62,452 nucleotides of DNA, filler included, from Choristocarpus tenellus KU-1152 (GCA_964200185.2; 11 parts of 11 records of this genome joined end to end with filler, not necessarily neighbours in it); one strand, 5' to 3'. Shown: positions 1 to 14,414, counted from the first letter of the whole stretch. Program-made: numbers and translations. The notes: generated by a model not told the origin, from the letters alone.

Positions 1-1239
1 AGCTACAACAGAATATATACATCGGTGCTTTGCAGCACAATCACGCCTATACATAATATAGACTACGCATATCACTCATCGGTGCTTCGCAAAACCATGA
101 TTCCTCATCACTAGTAGTCTATGCATTTTACCTACATGTACGATGCATTCGATTCAGGTTTCAACAGTGAGGGACACCAAGGAGAGACAGAAAGAGCATC
201 TTCACCGTCAGGAATTAGCTTGAGCCGCAGATACAAACAGAGAAACACAAATTGAGGGCAGGCCACACTCCCACCCTCGATCTCTTGGTTCCCGCAACTC
301 CCACCACTGACGCTTACTATGGGTGGAAGATCCGATGAGTGAAAGTTCTTACCCTCATGCACCTACATACTCGTATACCTTCAACAGTACTTTCATGTTG
401 TCCACCTTTAGTGGCAGGAAGGATGTCGGAAAAGTGGTTTTCGTCCGGACAACTAAACATCACTTTCTGGTACTTTGGAAGGTACCTCATCGCAGTAGGA
501 ACAACAAGTGCGAAAAGAGAGGAAAACAGTGCCAGACTGGACAGCTCTATCACCTAGGAGATAATGTGCTCCAACCATACCAGGAAGAATTGCAAAGGGT
601 GGGGCTATGCCTTCTTAGCAGTGATGGGCTGTGCTCGGATAGGAGAAGTGTGGTGTGTGCCTAGAGGGGACCTGACTGTGCAAATATTGATGATGGAACT
701 GAAATTGTACATGTGTAGCTGTAGGGTGTGTGCATATGTCTAATCTTGAAAGTGGGCAAAAGGGAACACAAAATTGTAAAAGAGGGGCGTAACAGCTCAG
801 AGTCCTACCAGAAAGTAAAATTCTTGGCCAACCATCCTGTCAATAATGTTCAAGTAGCTATTGGACTGCACACGTAGAAGTTAGGGCTAGGATTAGGGTT
901 ATGAGGGAGCGAGTACCATGTTGAACGCCACACATCACAATTGGCGACACTGGTGAGAATTGAGCTCACTTGTGGGAGCCACACAAGTTTGCATCATCTC
1001 TTTGTTTTGCGGTAACATTAGCCAAATACATATATATGAGTTGTTTGTTCAACAAAATTGAAGAATGTTAAATATTGACCATCTGTGTGATCCTTGTGTG
1101 ATTTTGGGAACGGCAACAAGATGTTGGAAAACGAATTCCTTTGAAAAAAAGTGACTCTGCATCAAGCAAAAAATACCAATATTTCATATTCTCACCCCTG
1201 TTGATCTTTAACATACTGATTTATCTGGAGATTTTCAAA

Positions 1240-1499
1240 AGTAAAAGTATCTTAGAGGGTACGAGTTTTGCACTATTTGTCCATTTGGGGCTTTGGCTTA
1301 TAATGGGTTTTTTTTATGACATTCTCCTACTCCTAAATGTTTAGTAGTAGGTAAAATGTATACGTTATGAAAAGGTGTGTCTAAAACATGAATATCGACA
1401 CTTCCTAACTAACACGATTGCCAAAATTACATCAAAATCGTAACATTGGATTTTGGCCCCCAAATGGACGCGGCCCTACCCTCTAAGATACTTTTACTC
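1240..1499 (+). mobile_element. MITE family A copy (~260 bp)
   Basis: TIR (G)AGTAAAAGTATCTTAGAGGGTA...TACCCTCTAAGATACTTTTACTC; conserved core shared with 10 other copies; probable CAAA TSD. Confidence 0.9.
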
Positions 1500-2538
1500 C
1501 AAACTCTCCACACGCCCGACACACCTGACACAGACAGATGTTGCAAAGAATGATGGCCACCTTCCTGCCAAGGTATACCTTCAAAGGATCTTTCCTGTGG
1601 GAGGCATATATCAAGGCCTGTTTCCCCATCTAACATCAACATTGCTTCCTGTTGACGTCAATATCGGGTTGTTGAGTGAAGCTTACCAGCCCCTTCATTC
1701 ACTTTCCCTCTTCACTCCTCCTTGAGCAACCTTCGGAGGGATTACTCACCTTGTCTCTCTCCATTCTCTTCCTCTAGTGGATCTTCCCGTTCCCCTTCAG
1801 TCTGAAGAACCTATCTGCCTGTTTCCATCTGTTTGACAAAAGGTCTCTATCTTCCAAAATCACTGTGGATAAGGCACTTTTTATTTAAGAATGTGCAGAT
1901 ACCACCCATGGTGTGGTTGGGTGGAGTATCCATCATCAGCTTAATTGTTGCATTATCGAAGGTATATGTTCGGGTGGTGTATTACTTTATTTATGTCTTA
2001 CGTATTCACTTCTTTTCTTTGTCTTTACTTTCAAGAAGGTTCAATCGTTTCCTTTCCAACAGTCTTTCAGTCATTACCGAGACTGGGACACCCATTATGC
2101 CGTGGTGTTGAATGATGTATATTCAAGCATACATAATATTTGATGCAGCAGCTAAACAGCTGTAACTCGACCACAGTTTCTCCGGTCTCTGCAGGAATCT
2201 CCTATGCCGCATTCCACACTAATCGGAGAAGATGGTCTATACTTTTGCTCAGGTATCTCTTTCATGGAGTGTATATAATTTCTTGCTGTGATTACCTAGT
2301 CCTTGCCCATGATGCCCTTTTCATGTTGAAGATCTAACCAGACATGGTCATATCCAATACATCAAAATCGCTAGGCCAGATGTGTTCATTTTACCTCAAC
2401 CACTGATCAAGGTGAAGAGTCATAAGTTTGGTTCCACCAATCCCATCTTGGTTACAAGTGTAAACCTGTGAGCCATCTACAATAAGAAACATGGTCCGCA
2501 TGTACTATACGATATAGACACTTCATGTGTATTCCTAT

Positions 2539-2783
2539 GAGCGAGGGTACGAATTTTGCCCTGTTTGTCCGTTTGGGGCTTGGTTTCCCGCGTGTTTTAG
2601 TAATATTTTCCTACTCCAAAATGTTTCGGAGTAGGTAGAATGTATACGTTATGAAACGGTGTGTTCGGAACAAGGATATTAATACTTCCTAACAAACACA
2701 ATAGCCAAAATTTCATCAAAATCGCAACATTGGATTTTGACCCCCAAACGGACGCGGCTCTACCCTCTAAGATAATTTGACTC
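2539..2783 (+). mobile_element. MITE family A copy (left TIR partly deleted)
   Basis: Family core plus right TIR TACCCTCTAAGATAATTTGACTC. Confidence 0.88.
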
Positions 2784-3163
2784 TATCATGCCTGAACGTA
2801 TTCCCTTGTTGAGAGAATATTAGTACTCTTACTCAGATTACTGTGTTTCCTTTCTTTCGCTGATCATGTCAAATTTGTTCTGGACATCTCCTCAATTTCC
2901 CATTGATTGACACCTGTAATGTCCTCGTATGGATGGGGGTGATGAGATTTTCACCTTCACCCCAACCACACCTTTGGAGGTGTCCATCCTTCTTAAGGTA
3001 CACATCAGAGTCTATTCCTTCTGATGGCATCAGGCTCAGGATGTTGAGTGGAGCTTCTAAGCTTCCTGGTCAGTTCTCTTCTGAGTGATCTCGTTTAGGT
3101 TGACTGCCATTGCTCTTTCTCTCTCTTCTTTCTATACCCTTCTCTGGGTCTTTCCTTCAGTCC

Positions 3164-3422
3164 GAGCTAAAGTACTTTAGAGGGTAGAGTCGCTTCCATT
3201 TGGGGACCAAAATCCAATGTTGCGATTTTGATGTAATTTTGGCTATCGTGTTTGTTAGGAAGTGATATTATCTATGTTTTGGACGCACCTTTTCATAACA
3301 TACACATTTTAACTACTCCTAAACATTTTGGAGTGGGAAAATGTCACAAAAAACCCCATGGGAATCCAAGCCCCAAATAGACAAACAGGTCAAAATTTGT
3401 ACTCTCTAAGATACTTTCAATC
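3164..3422 (-). mobile_element. MITE family A copy
   Basis: Reverse-orientation family core with both TIRs. Confidence 0.88.
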
Positions 3423-3591
3423 TCTAAAGAACCTGTCTTTTGGTTTTCACGTGGTTCACTATCTATGGATATGTATGCATATAGATTCTTTATAAAAGGA
3501 GATGATTGACAGGATATGGGATTCTTCTCTTGACTAATCTTTTTCTCTGGTGTATGGTCTTACCTACAGTTGGTGTATGACCCAAGGCATC

Positions 3592-3834
3592 GAAGAGGGT
3601 AGGAGGTTTGCCCTGTTTATCCGTTTGGGTCTTGGCTTCCCACAGGTTGTTATGCCCTTTATCGGTTTTCTGTTTGAACACAGTTAACTTAGATGCATAC
3701 GACTATGGAAGGTGTGTCTGGGGGAAGGATATTGGCACTTGCTAACAAACACGATAGCCAAAATTCATCAAAACGCAACATTGTATTTATGATCCCGAAC
3801 TGACGTGGCCCTACCCTCTCCAATGCTTTGACTC
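3592..3834 (+). mobile_element. MITE family A copy (degenerate)
   Basis: Family core with decayed TIRs. Confidence 0.8.
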
Positions 3835-5296
3835 GTATCCAAGATAATAGTAATAGTAATATCGATAAGAACGAAAATAGTAACAATACAAAAACTATAA
3901 ATAATATACATTAGTCCCCTATGTAGTTGGGTTTATTGTAATTCCTTACATGATCTTTCCTCTTCTCATGTGTGTTAGTATACAGCAGATTTCTTACAGC
4001 TGACTAACTCCTTGGTTGCTCAGGGGTTTACTAATGTTCTAACACAACTATTCCAATAATTGAAGAAGCATAGACACGGGAGGGCTTCCCACATTCCAAA
4101 CCACAATTTCTCTTTCGCCAGACTTTCAAGCAGGAGAAAACCACATGCTCTGAAGTGAACCTTAGCACTTCATCCAACCTCTACTCATAACTCCTGTTAT
4201 GCCCACAATAATATCAAACGTCCGTCCATGGTGTCTTCTCTTCAACATTGAAGATCATACTCCCATTCTAAAGCGTGCCTTGAAATCTGTACAGAAAAAT
4301 TAGAAATAGGGTGAATTGTAAAAGATGAAGAAAGTGGCACAAAATGATCGCAGTCAAAACCTGGTTACCCCTCTCCCATATTTTGACTCGATTTCAATAT
4401 ATCGCCAACACTTTGTCTTGCTCATCATATAGTTCTGCCAACTAAGTTGTATCCCAATATTCATCTCTGATCACAAGTTTGAATACTAGAAGAAAATACA
4501 AGTCGTCATGTTGAACTATACATGCTCCCATAGAAAATCATACCCTAGTATATATATTATTATCCCCTTCCACATTCTACAGATGTTTCAGGAAAAAAAT
4601 AATGTCATAGGCTGCTGTGAATACAACACTCGTTTTCAATGCTAATTTAACTCTCTAAAATTGTAGTCACTGTATGAAACTAACATTACAACAACGCTCC
4701 CTTTGAAATTTAGTAGCTACAATGCAATGTGTACACTGCTATGCTTCTATTCGAACTCAGCCCCACGAAGGTTGCCAAGGAAATAGGGAAGCACCCTAAG
4801 AGTATGTTTGACCCCCTCTTGCCCACTTCCCTACTATATCTAGCTTGAAAATGCATAACGCATATGGAGAGAGGTCTAAAATTACTCAAAGAAACAATTC
4901 TAGCCAATCTACTGGTTGTAGCTGTTAATAGTCAATCGATGTAGACAAGTTTGAACCCTTTTGCATTCCATGTCATCTTTCTGATCCTGTGCAATATACT
5001 CTCTTCCATCGCCTTACGTGCACAATAGTGTATGCAAATTTGATATTCCCCCTTTCCACACACAAAGTGACACCAATATTCAGCAAAGCCTCTTTCCGCA
5101 ATTATAAGAAAATCGCGTCTTACTGCCCTTTCTCGGGATCCTTGAAACGCAATCCTGCCTATCTCCCAGTTGGTTTGACTCCAAGTTCTTTCAGTTCACA
5201 ACACAAATTGTTGTGATTGATTGTGTCAGGAGTGACATGATGTATGCCATTTTTTTAATTTCTATTACTATTTACAATGTGCTTTACTTTGCTGCT

Positions 5297-5447
5297 GAGT
5301 CAAAGAACCTTAGTTTGGGGCCAAAATTCAATGTTGCGATTTTGATGTAATTTTGGCTATCGTGTTTGTCAGGAAATATCCTTGTTTCGGACACACCTTT
5401 CATATGTAGACATTTTACCTACTCCGACATATTTTGGAGTAGGAAAA
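5297..5447 (-). mobile_element. MITE family A partial copy, interrupted by a family B MITE
   Basis: GAGTCAAAG terminus and half of the core, followed directly by a family B TIR. Confidence 0.8.
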
Positions 5448-5603
5448 GGTTCAAAGTATCTGGGGGGGGTGGCGACTGTCCATTTGGGGTCAGTTTTTTC
5501 ATGTCGCGATTTTTGGGTGATTTGGGTGCATACGTCGAATGGATATTGTATGTGCACATTTCCTGTTTTTGACCCAAATGGACACCTTGGGGTAGACCGC
5601 TCC
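5448..5603 (+). mobile_element. MITE family B copy (truncated by contig end)
   Basis: GGTTCAAAGTATCTGGGGGGGG terminus; core CATGTCGCGATTTTTGG shared with copies at 35060, 50446 and 55440. Confidence 0.85.
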
Positions 5604-5703
5604 NNNNNNNNNNNNNNNNNNNNNNNNNNNNNNNNNNNNNNNNNNNNTTAATTAATTAANNNNNNNNNNNNNNNNNNNNNNNNNNNNNNNNNNNNNNNNN
5701 NNN
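5604..5703. other. Artificial contig-joining linker (N-run + TTAATTAATTAA six-frame stop + N-run); same linker at ~11049, 13997, 20339, 22987, 31511, 37924, 41633, 47187, 55317
   Basis: The identical 12-mer flanked by N runs occurs ten times; it is an assembly artefact. Confidence 0.97.
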
Positions 5704-5770
5704 CCAAAAAAGTGAAAATCGAAAAAAGAGTGAAAAACGGACGCCGACACCCCCCCCAGTACTTTGACCC
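5704..5770 (-). mobile_element. Family C transposon/MITE end
   Basis: Reverse complement of the terminus at 43902 (GGGTCAAAGTA...GGGG...TCCGTTTTTCAC...TTCGATTTTCACTT). Confidence 0.75.
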
Positions 5771-8700
5771 CACTGAGAATTTGCACAGGGGTATAGACCA
5801 CAGAGGATTGCTTTGTCGAATGCTATTAGCTGTGAACCATATCGGAAATAGTGTGTGGTGATATTAATAACACTGGAAACTTATTTTTGGGGGCATATTA
5901 GTACGTACACATACACTTCACTTGCACTGACCCACTTACCTTCACAGAAACTGGTAACTAATGTTGCTTGTACCGATTTTGCACGCTGGAATGGTTCCTC
6001 CTTAGTGCCCAACTTCTGTGTATGCGACCATTTAAGCGTCGATTTTATACCCATATTTTGCTGCCTGTTGTCATTATTGTGGAGAGGATGCATAGTGACA
6101 TTTAAGAATCACAAACATGTATCGAAGGGGATAGCAATCCTACTACACAGCTTCAACTCCAGGAGATATTTATGATGCGACTTGCCATATGCTTAGTCAA
6201 GTTTGAGAAGAATAACATACGAGAGAAACACAAATGCATAACTGCCTTACTTTTGTCCAAACGGGGCACCAGGGGGGCACCTCAGATGAGGGGAAAGGAT
6301 CAACCTCAGTTTGACTTGACTGCACCTATTTCGCTAGTAGGGCTTACCTTGAGCGTAGAGTATCTTCATTTGTGGAGCTTTGTGATTTGTACTAACAAAC
6401 TTGTCACACTGAGATGGTATATTTCAAAACCACATTCCACCCATGATGAGCATGGATGGCGAAGGAACTATTAATTTATAGAGGTTAGTACTACGTGATA
6501 GTATTTGAGCTCTACTAACGCAAATAATGCATCAATGCGTGTTTCTTTTAGTCATAAAGGAATGCTTGTGATGCCTGGCAAGTGCCGTGCTTCGCTGCGC
6601 CTGTACATTGCTTCTTGCATTGTGGTCAGGGTGGAGTCAATCCTCTTTGATTTATGACGTTTTTTATGTTCACATAACAACGGGTGTCTAAACTATTGCA
6701 GGTAAGGCCCACGGAGACACAGGATAGTTTATCCTCTGGTAGAGGGACCAATCATAAATTAGATAGAACTGCTCAGTGTGTGTGTGATGACTTGTGTTTT
6801 TTACCCTTGGCGTTTTTTTGTTGACGATTTTTTCATCGATACAAAACACAAACCTGTAGAAAAGGCCGTCAGGGGGGCAGGGAATGATTCCACCTGATGC
6901 TTTATGGCCTCTTCCACACCATTGGAATTGGTTTCTCCTTCGAAAAATGCTGTGACCCCATCCATCGCCTTCCCCTGGCCTGCTGCCAGCATCTATATTT
7001 GTTCCCTGACAAGCTTCCAACTTATTCGACATTGCCTCCAAGCCCTATCTGATGTCAAGTCTCTCATACTCTTCTACTAGAAGTCAGAGTATGAAGCTAA
7101 ATGCATGCCTAATTCAAGATATTGTTGAGCTCAGGTATGCAGTCCTTTTGCAGGTGTCATTCTCCATCAGGATTCAGTCTACAAACATGCCGCTTATTTC
7201 CCAGTTCATCATAGTGATGTGGTGATGGCACCATGTCTTCACCGAACCATGTACCACTCCTTGGGACCTAACACTTCTCCAACAATTTGATCTAATTTTA
7301 CACCATTTAGAGCATGTTTTTTGCGAGTAGGTATATAACACTATGTCTAGGTCAGTATTCGAATAGATGCTCTGAACTCTATAATTTTAGCGTGTGTAAT
7401 GGATTGTCACATTTTTTAACAAATCTCAAAGAACATATTTTTCAACTGTAGATGGTACGTACAGTTGTAAAAAAAGGTTGCTTGGGAGGACTAGAGGGAT
7501 AAAGTCGTATTGTAGACATTAGTGTCCATAAGTCATAGCAAGTCCTGTTGGTCTGTCAGATTATATCAAGTACAATTATGGAAGGCCTCTCTGCTTTGAC
7601 CAACAAAGGGTTATGTTTGACGGATTGCTGGCATTGAAATGTCCAACAGGGTCTACTCTTCACGAGGAACCTGATGGTGATCACTCCCCATTCTGATTCG
7701 TCCTGTGGGAGGATGTAATTTTAACGAATGCACATATTGTCACTACTGTTGTTCTGGACGGTTTTGATAAAACGTTTGATACTGTTGGCTTATGACCCCA
7801 GCTAACCGTTTGAAGTACAACTCCCACATATAGGTGCTCTCACTAACTACTTACAACTCAACATTCATTGGTTGTGTCTGATTCAAGACCACTGTACTTG
7901 ACCCTTCAATTTCAATCTTAGTTTAGAATACCTCCTACAAATATGTGCAGTTATTATTACCTTCTACGTTAGTCAGGGGATGTGTTGTGGAAACAGAGGC
8001 CATCCCACTGTATACTAGTTTATCGAACCCAACGAACAACTGTCTAACAATAGTAACTGACTGAACTATACTGTATGTCTGACGGGCACTGAGCCATAAT
8101 TAGCATATGTTACCCCAAGTAGAATTGGTTCCAATAGGCATTGACTCCGACCCCTTGTTTTCTCTCCTGTGCTAATCTTGTTTTCTCTGGTTTTGAAATA
8201 CAAGCATACCTCCTGAAACTCATGTCCTGTCGCTATCATTGTATTCACGATACCTAACCTAGATAATACACAGGTACAGTTACAATAATCAACTTGTTTC
8301 ACGTTCTTCCTCGAGGAGTAAGACTCCAAATTATGATTTATTCGTCCTTTCTCATGGAACAAGGTTCTTCACAGAGCATCATCAAGATACAAGAACAAGA
8401 CTTCATTGGTCCCAACCTTTTTGTGGTGTTAGAGGCACACACAGGCAGTACTCATCATGCTATTAATAAACTATCCAGAGTACCGCTGTAACTAGCACTT
8501 GTACTAATTTTTTTTTCACTACCTCTGTTTGGGTCTTGGCACGTTGGGTTCAGTAATCCCACTTCTTGACACTCTGCCTACTCCCTAAACTTTTCTACCT
8601 CGATATTGATCCAGTGTTTTTCGTGGTATACCGACAGATGAGATAATAGAGGTAGGTGTACAATCCTTTGAGTTTTCCACATTACATTGAGATAATCGAA

Positions 8701-10029
8701 ACTGGATTTCCATACTAAGAAAGTCTGGTATCAATGGGGTTCTAACCAGCGAAGTTCATAAAGGGGACAGTCTCCTAACTCCATACAAACTGAACAATGA
8801 GGATACTCATCATGGTCTGACTCACATATCTGAGGATTGAATCAATTGCGTCTAAGTAGAGGAGATTTGTGTTTATTTTAATAGTATATGATTTTGTGAT
8901 TCTATGAAGGTTGAGTATCCATATCGATGTGGGCTATCCATATCTATTTATTTTATATTCTGTTTTGTTTTGGTAAGAGGAGGAGAAGTGCTTCCGAAAT
9001 TCTTAGATTGGCTAAATACTTCGGAGTATACAATTTATATTTTACCCTTGACTTCGGTGATATAGAACGACCACTGCCTATCCTGGATTGTCACTGGATT
9101 AGCCCAGAGCAATTTTCTTTCGCACCACTGGAAGTGTCTTGATTTCGCCGCTAGATGGATGCATATGGACAGTGAGCTTTAGAGTATCAGGTTAAAATAT
9201 CTCTGAACGTATCTTTGGGTTTGGGACTGTTGCTCTGTGTGTGCATTACCTACTGTGAACTGATCCTGTGACAAATCAATATGTAAAGAGAAATATCAAT
9301 TAACTCGGCCATACGGAGAGGTACTATGGTATACTGCCTCTGTAGTGTCAATACCATTTCCGACATATTTTGTGGCATGGAGATGCAGTACATACATCCC
9401 ACCAAGGCAGGTTCAATGACTCATGCGAGGCAGGCCAACTGTGGAACGGATCTCCTTGAAGAACAGTTTATTCTGGGTGGCAAACGCCAGTGTAAGGTCA
9501 CTCCGCACATTGTTAAATGATATCAACATATGGGAAAGACGATAAAAAATACCTATTTGACATAGTACTAGGTACTTTCACACATGCCTTGCACAAAAAA
9601 ACAGATTGGCAAGAAAATGGAGGGGAGGGAACGGCCAGCCATTCAGTAGGTTGGTAGCTGGTGTGTGAATATGTATGGGTAGATGGAAATTCTCGCATGT
9701 AGGTGTATGTATTTGAAGATTAACAAGTTCTTTCTACATATATATATATATATATCTTTCGATATGGACACCATGAGCCCTCGGTCATAAGGTAACTGTG
9801 CCTTGAGTCAGGTTACTGACTCGTCCATAGCCAGTTTTTAACAATCTTGGTAATAATTCGACTTTCAACCAACATACTTACAAAATAGAGCCTGGCATAC
9901 ATCGATAGGCGGGGTCGCTACTTTTTTTTAAATCTCATCTAGCAAGAGATGGGTAGTACATACTCGTATAGACGAAGTGGTACAAAAAGACATATTGCTT
10001 TTTTTCGTTACTACAACTAAAATAAAACA

Positions 10030-10101
10030 AGCGCTGACTCGGGATCGAACCAAGGACCCGTAGAGCTGCAATCTACTGCTCTACCACTGAGCTATCAGCG
10101 C
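10030..10101 (-). tRNA. tRNA-Cys(GCA)
   Basis: Minus strand GCGCTGATAGCTCAGTGGTAGAGCAGTAGATTGCAGCTCTACGGGTCCTTGGTTCGATCCCGAGTCAGCGCT: 7-bp acceptor stem, GTAGA/TCTAC anticodon stem with GCA, TTCGATC T-loop, U73 discriminator, downstream T-runs (Pol III terminator), no encoded CCA. Confidence 0.96.
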
Positions 10102-13100
10102 CAAGCACATACAATTACGACGTAATTAAACTATAAATACATGACCTAGTATATTTTCTTGTGTAAACCCAACCAATCCCGTATCAATACTTGTATTTGC
10201 CACCATGATGCATAGTCCACATCGTTTTGGGGTAAAACTATCAACAAAACTGTTGTGAAACATTATTATTATAGTTGTCGTATTTCGTACTTGGTTTCCT
10301 TACTTTCTTTGTAGACTTCTCTCACCAAGGTTTCGTAACGATACACCATGATATCTGACAACAATTAATAGTCCACACTTCACAACTTACCTGCCGCTCA
10401 AAATTGAACTTTTGTCCGTGGTAATATATACTAAAAAACGAATTTATACTCCTAATACCGTAAAAACATATACATTCTGAGTCCATTTTATTCACCCGAT
10501 CCACATTGATAATGAATGATAGGGAAACCCGAGCCAGAAAACCCCAGCTAAGTCGACATTTCATGCTTTATTTGATCCAAAGAGAATGGTGCAGGGGGTG
10601 TCATTCTTTTTAGGATGAAGAGTCTCAGGTTTTGAAGTAACCGCTCTAGGCTGTACTACTTGTAATTCCCCATGTAAAGAAGACCCAAAATGGTTTGTCT
10701 GCTTGTGTCCCTGAAGCTCTTCAAAATGAGTGAAAGTATCTTTTTGTTGTAGAATATATTCTATTAGACAATATTTTCATCTTTATATTTTATTTATATT
10801 CAAAGTGCAAAACATGTTCTAATCTAAAACACTATTGTTGAATCATTTTCTGTGCATAAAGAAAATATATTGCTGTCATTATTAATAGTCAAATACTGGT
10901 ATTAATTTAGAATTTAAAACAACATTTTGTGCTTGTTCTCTTTATATTATATTATAATACCCTCTGAGATTTTGTAGATGCATTAGGGGAAAAAACAATG
11001 AAAAGTCGATCAAATATCAAAGCAACCCCTGAAAAAGCAACCATTGTCNNNNNNNNNNNNNNNNNNNNNNNNNNNNNNNNNNNNNNNNNNNNTTAATTAA
11101 TTAANNNNNNNNNNNNNNNNNNNNNNNNNNNNNNNNNNNNNNNNNNNNAATAATAGTAATGGTTGATTTGAGAAGTATCCACCCCGCAATAACATGGTTC
11201 CCTCCTACCCCCCTGATTTCCCTCATGTGCATGATGAGTAATGGTGACGGTGGGTAGACAGGGAACAATTCCTTGGACTTTCCTCCTTGCTTTTCTACTT
11301 CAAATCTCAAGTTTATGCACGTTACATTTTCTATGTTCCTCCACACCACACAGATCACGTCACCAATCGTATCATGACTCACTTCAATTCCTCGTGATCG
11401 TCCATTATACGTACATACACGTAACACATCGTAATATACTACTATTCATTATTGCTTCATCGCAAACAGTTTACCCTTACATATATCCTATCAAACTCAA
11501 ACATAGCACATCCTTCAGTCATCTTCTACTCTTCATTTGTTCTTCAAAACAAACTCTTCCTCTTATCCTACCGATTTACCGCCCATTCAAACCAGCGGTG
11601 AATTTCTGTGACCCCACTTAACCTAGGTTAACCTTAACAATCTCACTCGTCATTGATGAATGAATGAGTGCCAGGTGTGACGGGGAGAAAAGAAAAGGTA
11701 CAAAGAGTCAAAGTACTTGAGAGGTAGGCAGGGTTGCACTTGAAGGATGCCGAGAAATGGATAAAGACGCCATTTTGTACAATGTTGCAGAAAAAACCTG
11801 TTGATCTGTGATGTCATTTTGTGTGTGGAAAGGGAGAGTATCAATTTTACTTACACAATTGCGCACAAAAAACAATGAAATAGAGCGTACTGCACAGTAT
11901 AGCAAATATGGCTTAGAATGCAAAAAGGTCCCAAACTTGCCTACCCATCAATTACTGAAAGATGGAAGGAGATCGTTAAATAAAGCGAGGGGAAGTGAGG
12001 ACTGGGAGTTCAGAAATTCAAGAAATTTACAAGAGAAACGATGAGTGACTGTGGAAAAGAGGAGTAGAAGAGAATGTTGGTGAATGAGGACTTCATAATA
12101 GTGTTAAAATTTGGGGAAAGATAGGTTATGCTAAAGAAGGTAATCTTGAGTAATCTTTCTCACGCATCCCTTCTCTCTATTGATCACAATTGAGCGGGAT
12201 GGTGGAGGGAGGGTCTTGCTTGGGCAGGGTAGATGTCTTCTTGTCCAAAGTCATGGGATGGAGGGAGTGGATGACTGAATGCAGATTGTTTTGGAGGAAC
12301 ATGCAGTGTCTCAGATTAAGGTAGAGTTGTGTTGGATGGAGGTTGAGTGTTCTGAAAGGATCAGTCTGGGAGTGGATATGAGGAAATTGGTCACACAAGT
12401 TTGTGATTGGACATACTGGTTACAGAACAAGGGTTAATATCTCATAGAAAAGTTGGTCAAGTAGTGTTGGATGGGGCTAAGTATGAGTTTTCATGGTTTA
12501 ATAATGTCTTTACAACAACATGTCTTAAATAGTTAGATTATCATACTATAATCCGTTGTGAGTTGTGAGCCGTATCAAAGTTGCTCTATGTTTCCACGTT
12601 GATTATTATCTATCATGTAAGCATACTATATACTACGTAGTAGTAGTATACAAACAAAATAATGCAGTCATGTGCGCGCCTATAATCAACACATCGCTAC
12701 AGCTACTACTACCACTACTGTTCTCTTATTGAGTTTCAACATAGAAAGACAGCATAATTTTCTGGGCAAGCCTACGAAGGCAACAGAACATAGAAGATCC
12801 ACAAGCAAAGCCCAGTCAGGATAAGGCCTCTGTCCCACCCCCCCAGTACATTTCATTCACTACAAGCACTACCCCTCCCCCCAGGGTACAACCACAACAG
12901 ACAAGAACCATTATCTCTCTGAGGATCAACAGAGGGCTCGCTTTCTCTTGTCAGCATGAGATACCAACCAGCAGACAGCACAACACACAATGAACAAAAT
13001 TAGCACATACAATCATCAGAAGACTCTACTCAGTAGAAAAGATGGGATCATAGCCAAAATTTAACCCCCCACACGCCAAGGATACTCAACGCACAACATT

Positions 13101-13906
13101 ATCACCAACTACAGCAAATGCTACACACCAAACTCCCTCACAAAGTGCATCCCAGTCACAGCAGTGTTACACGTGTGAATATCGGTTGCCACTGCAGTAG
13201 CAGCACAACAGTTGCTGGCACTAAGCACAAAAACGGGGACCAACAAACAAACACTGCATTCTTAACAGTCACGGAATGTGGAAGAACAAGGGGGGCAGAG
13301 AGACCTCTGTAGGTGGGGGGTGCTCACATCCTATACGAACCCTGTAGGCGATTACTCTCCCAAACACAAAAAAAACGCAGCCCCCATTTATATACTGGCT
13401 ATGTACGTACGACATGTGTACGCCTCTAGTGTAGCAATCAAACATCAACTGCACACGCAGATTCATCCACAACACACACATATCTCTGCGTATGTGCGTA
13501 CTTGAATCATACATCTGATCCCACCTCCTCCGAGAGGAACATAAGCGACCCCTCGCCAAACCAACATCTACCACCACTACTGCTGCTACCGGGGAAATTC
13601 CACAGTCAAGCATAAACACATACACCACACGTGCGCGCACTACACACGAACGTTACATTTACGGCACAACACCCGACCTCGAATCCAAAACATTACGCAT
13701 TAAGGGGCACGTTGGGAGGCCAGCACAATCAGCAGAGCCCATCAAGCTCAACACTATTACGTACAGTATTTATGGGAAAAATTGAGGATGCTGGACTCTT
13801 TCACCCTTCATTGCACACAAAACTCTCCAACTAACACTCACAGCCCATCGATATTACCCTCACAACATGCAAGCCCACACATACAGGAATTGAAGTAGCT
13901 GCTGGT

Positions 13907-13940
<34 letters not shown>

Positions 13941-14160
13941 ATCCCACAAAAAAATTGTGCACACGGGGGGAAAAAAACACCCCCCCCTCGGAGGAANNNN
14001 NNNNNNNNNNNNNNNNNNNNNNNNNNNNNNNNNNNNNNNNTTAATTAATTAANNNNNNNNNNNNNNNNNNNNNNNNNNNNNNNNNNNNNNNNNNNNAATG
14101 CGTGGAAACCACTAATCAGTTACTTCACCACTATCAAATATTGTACTACTGTCATCCTTA

Positions 14161-14414
14161 TATATAGTTTTCATTGGTTTCCCCCTGACACATCTGCAAA
14201 ATGTCAGAGGACATAATAATAAAATATTGGTTGGCTTTTTCCCTGTAACATCTAGAAAATGTCAGAGTGAATAAAAGTATAACCAGTCTTTGTAACAATT
14301 GTTTTGGTTTTTCTCCATCACATCTACAAAATGTCACGAGGGTTATTTAAATATATTATTATGCCCTCTGACATTTTGCAGATGTGTCAGGGGAAAACCA
14401 ATGAAAACTATATA
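14161..14414. mobile_element. Foldback/MITE-like element with 60-bp inverted arms
   Basis: 14161-14220 is the near-perfect reverse complement of 14355-14414; two degenerate direct copies of the arm motif lie inside; the ends are TA-rich. Confidence 0.75.

Noticed and set aside
1660-1815. Empty-site paralogue of the MITE at 3164
   Set aside because: Only short matches (GTTGAGTG.AGCTT; CCTTCAGTCT.AAGAACCT); too diverged to assert by eye.
11149-13996. ORFs and strand-biased tracts on contig 3
   Set aside because: Low-complexity or heavily decayed repeat-like sequence; no recognisable motif or splice model.
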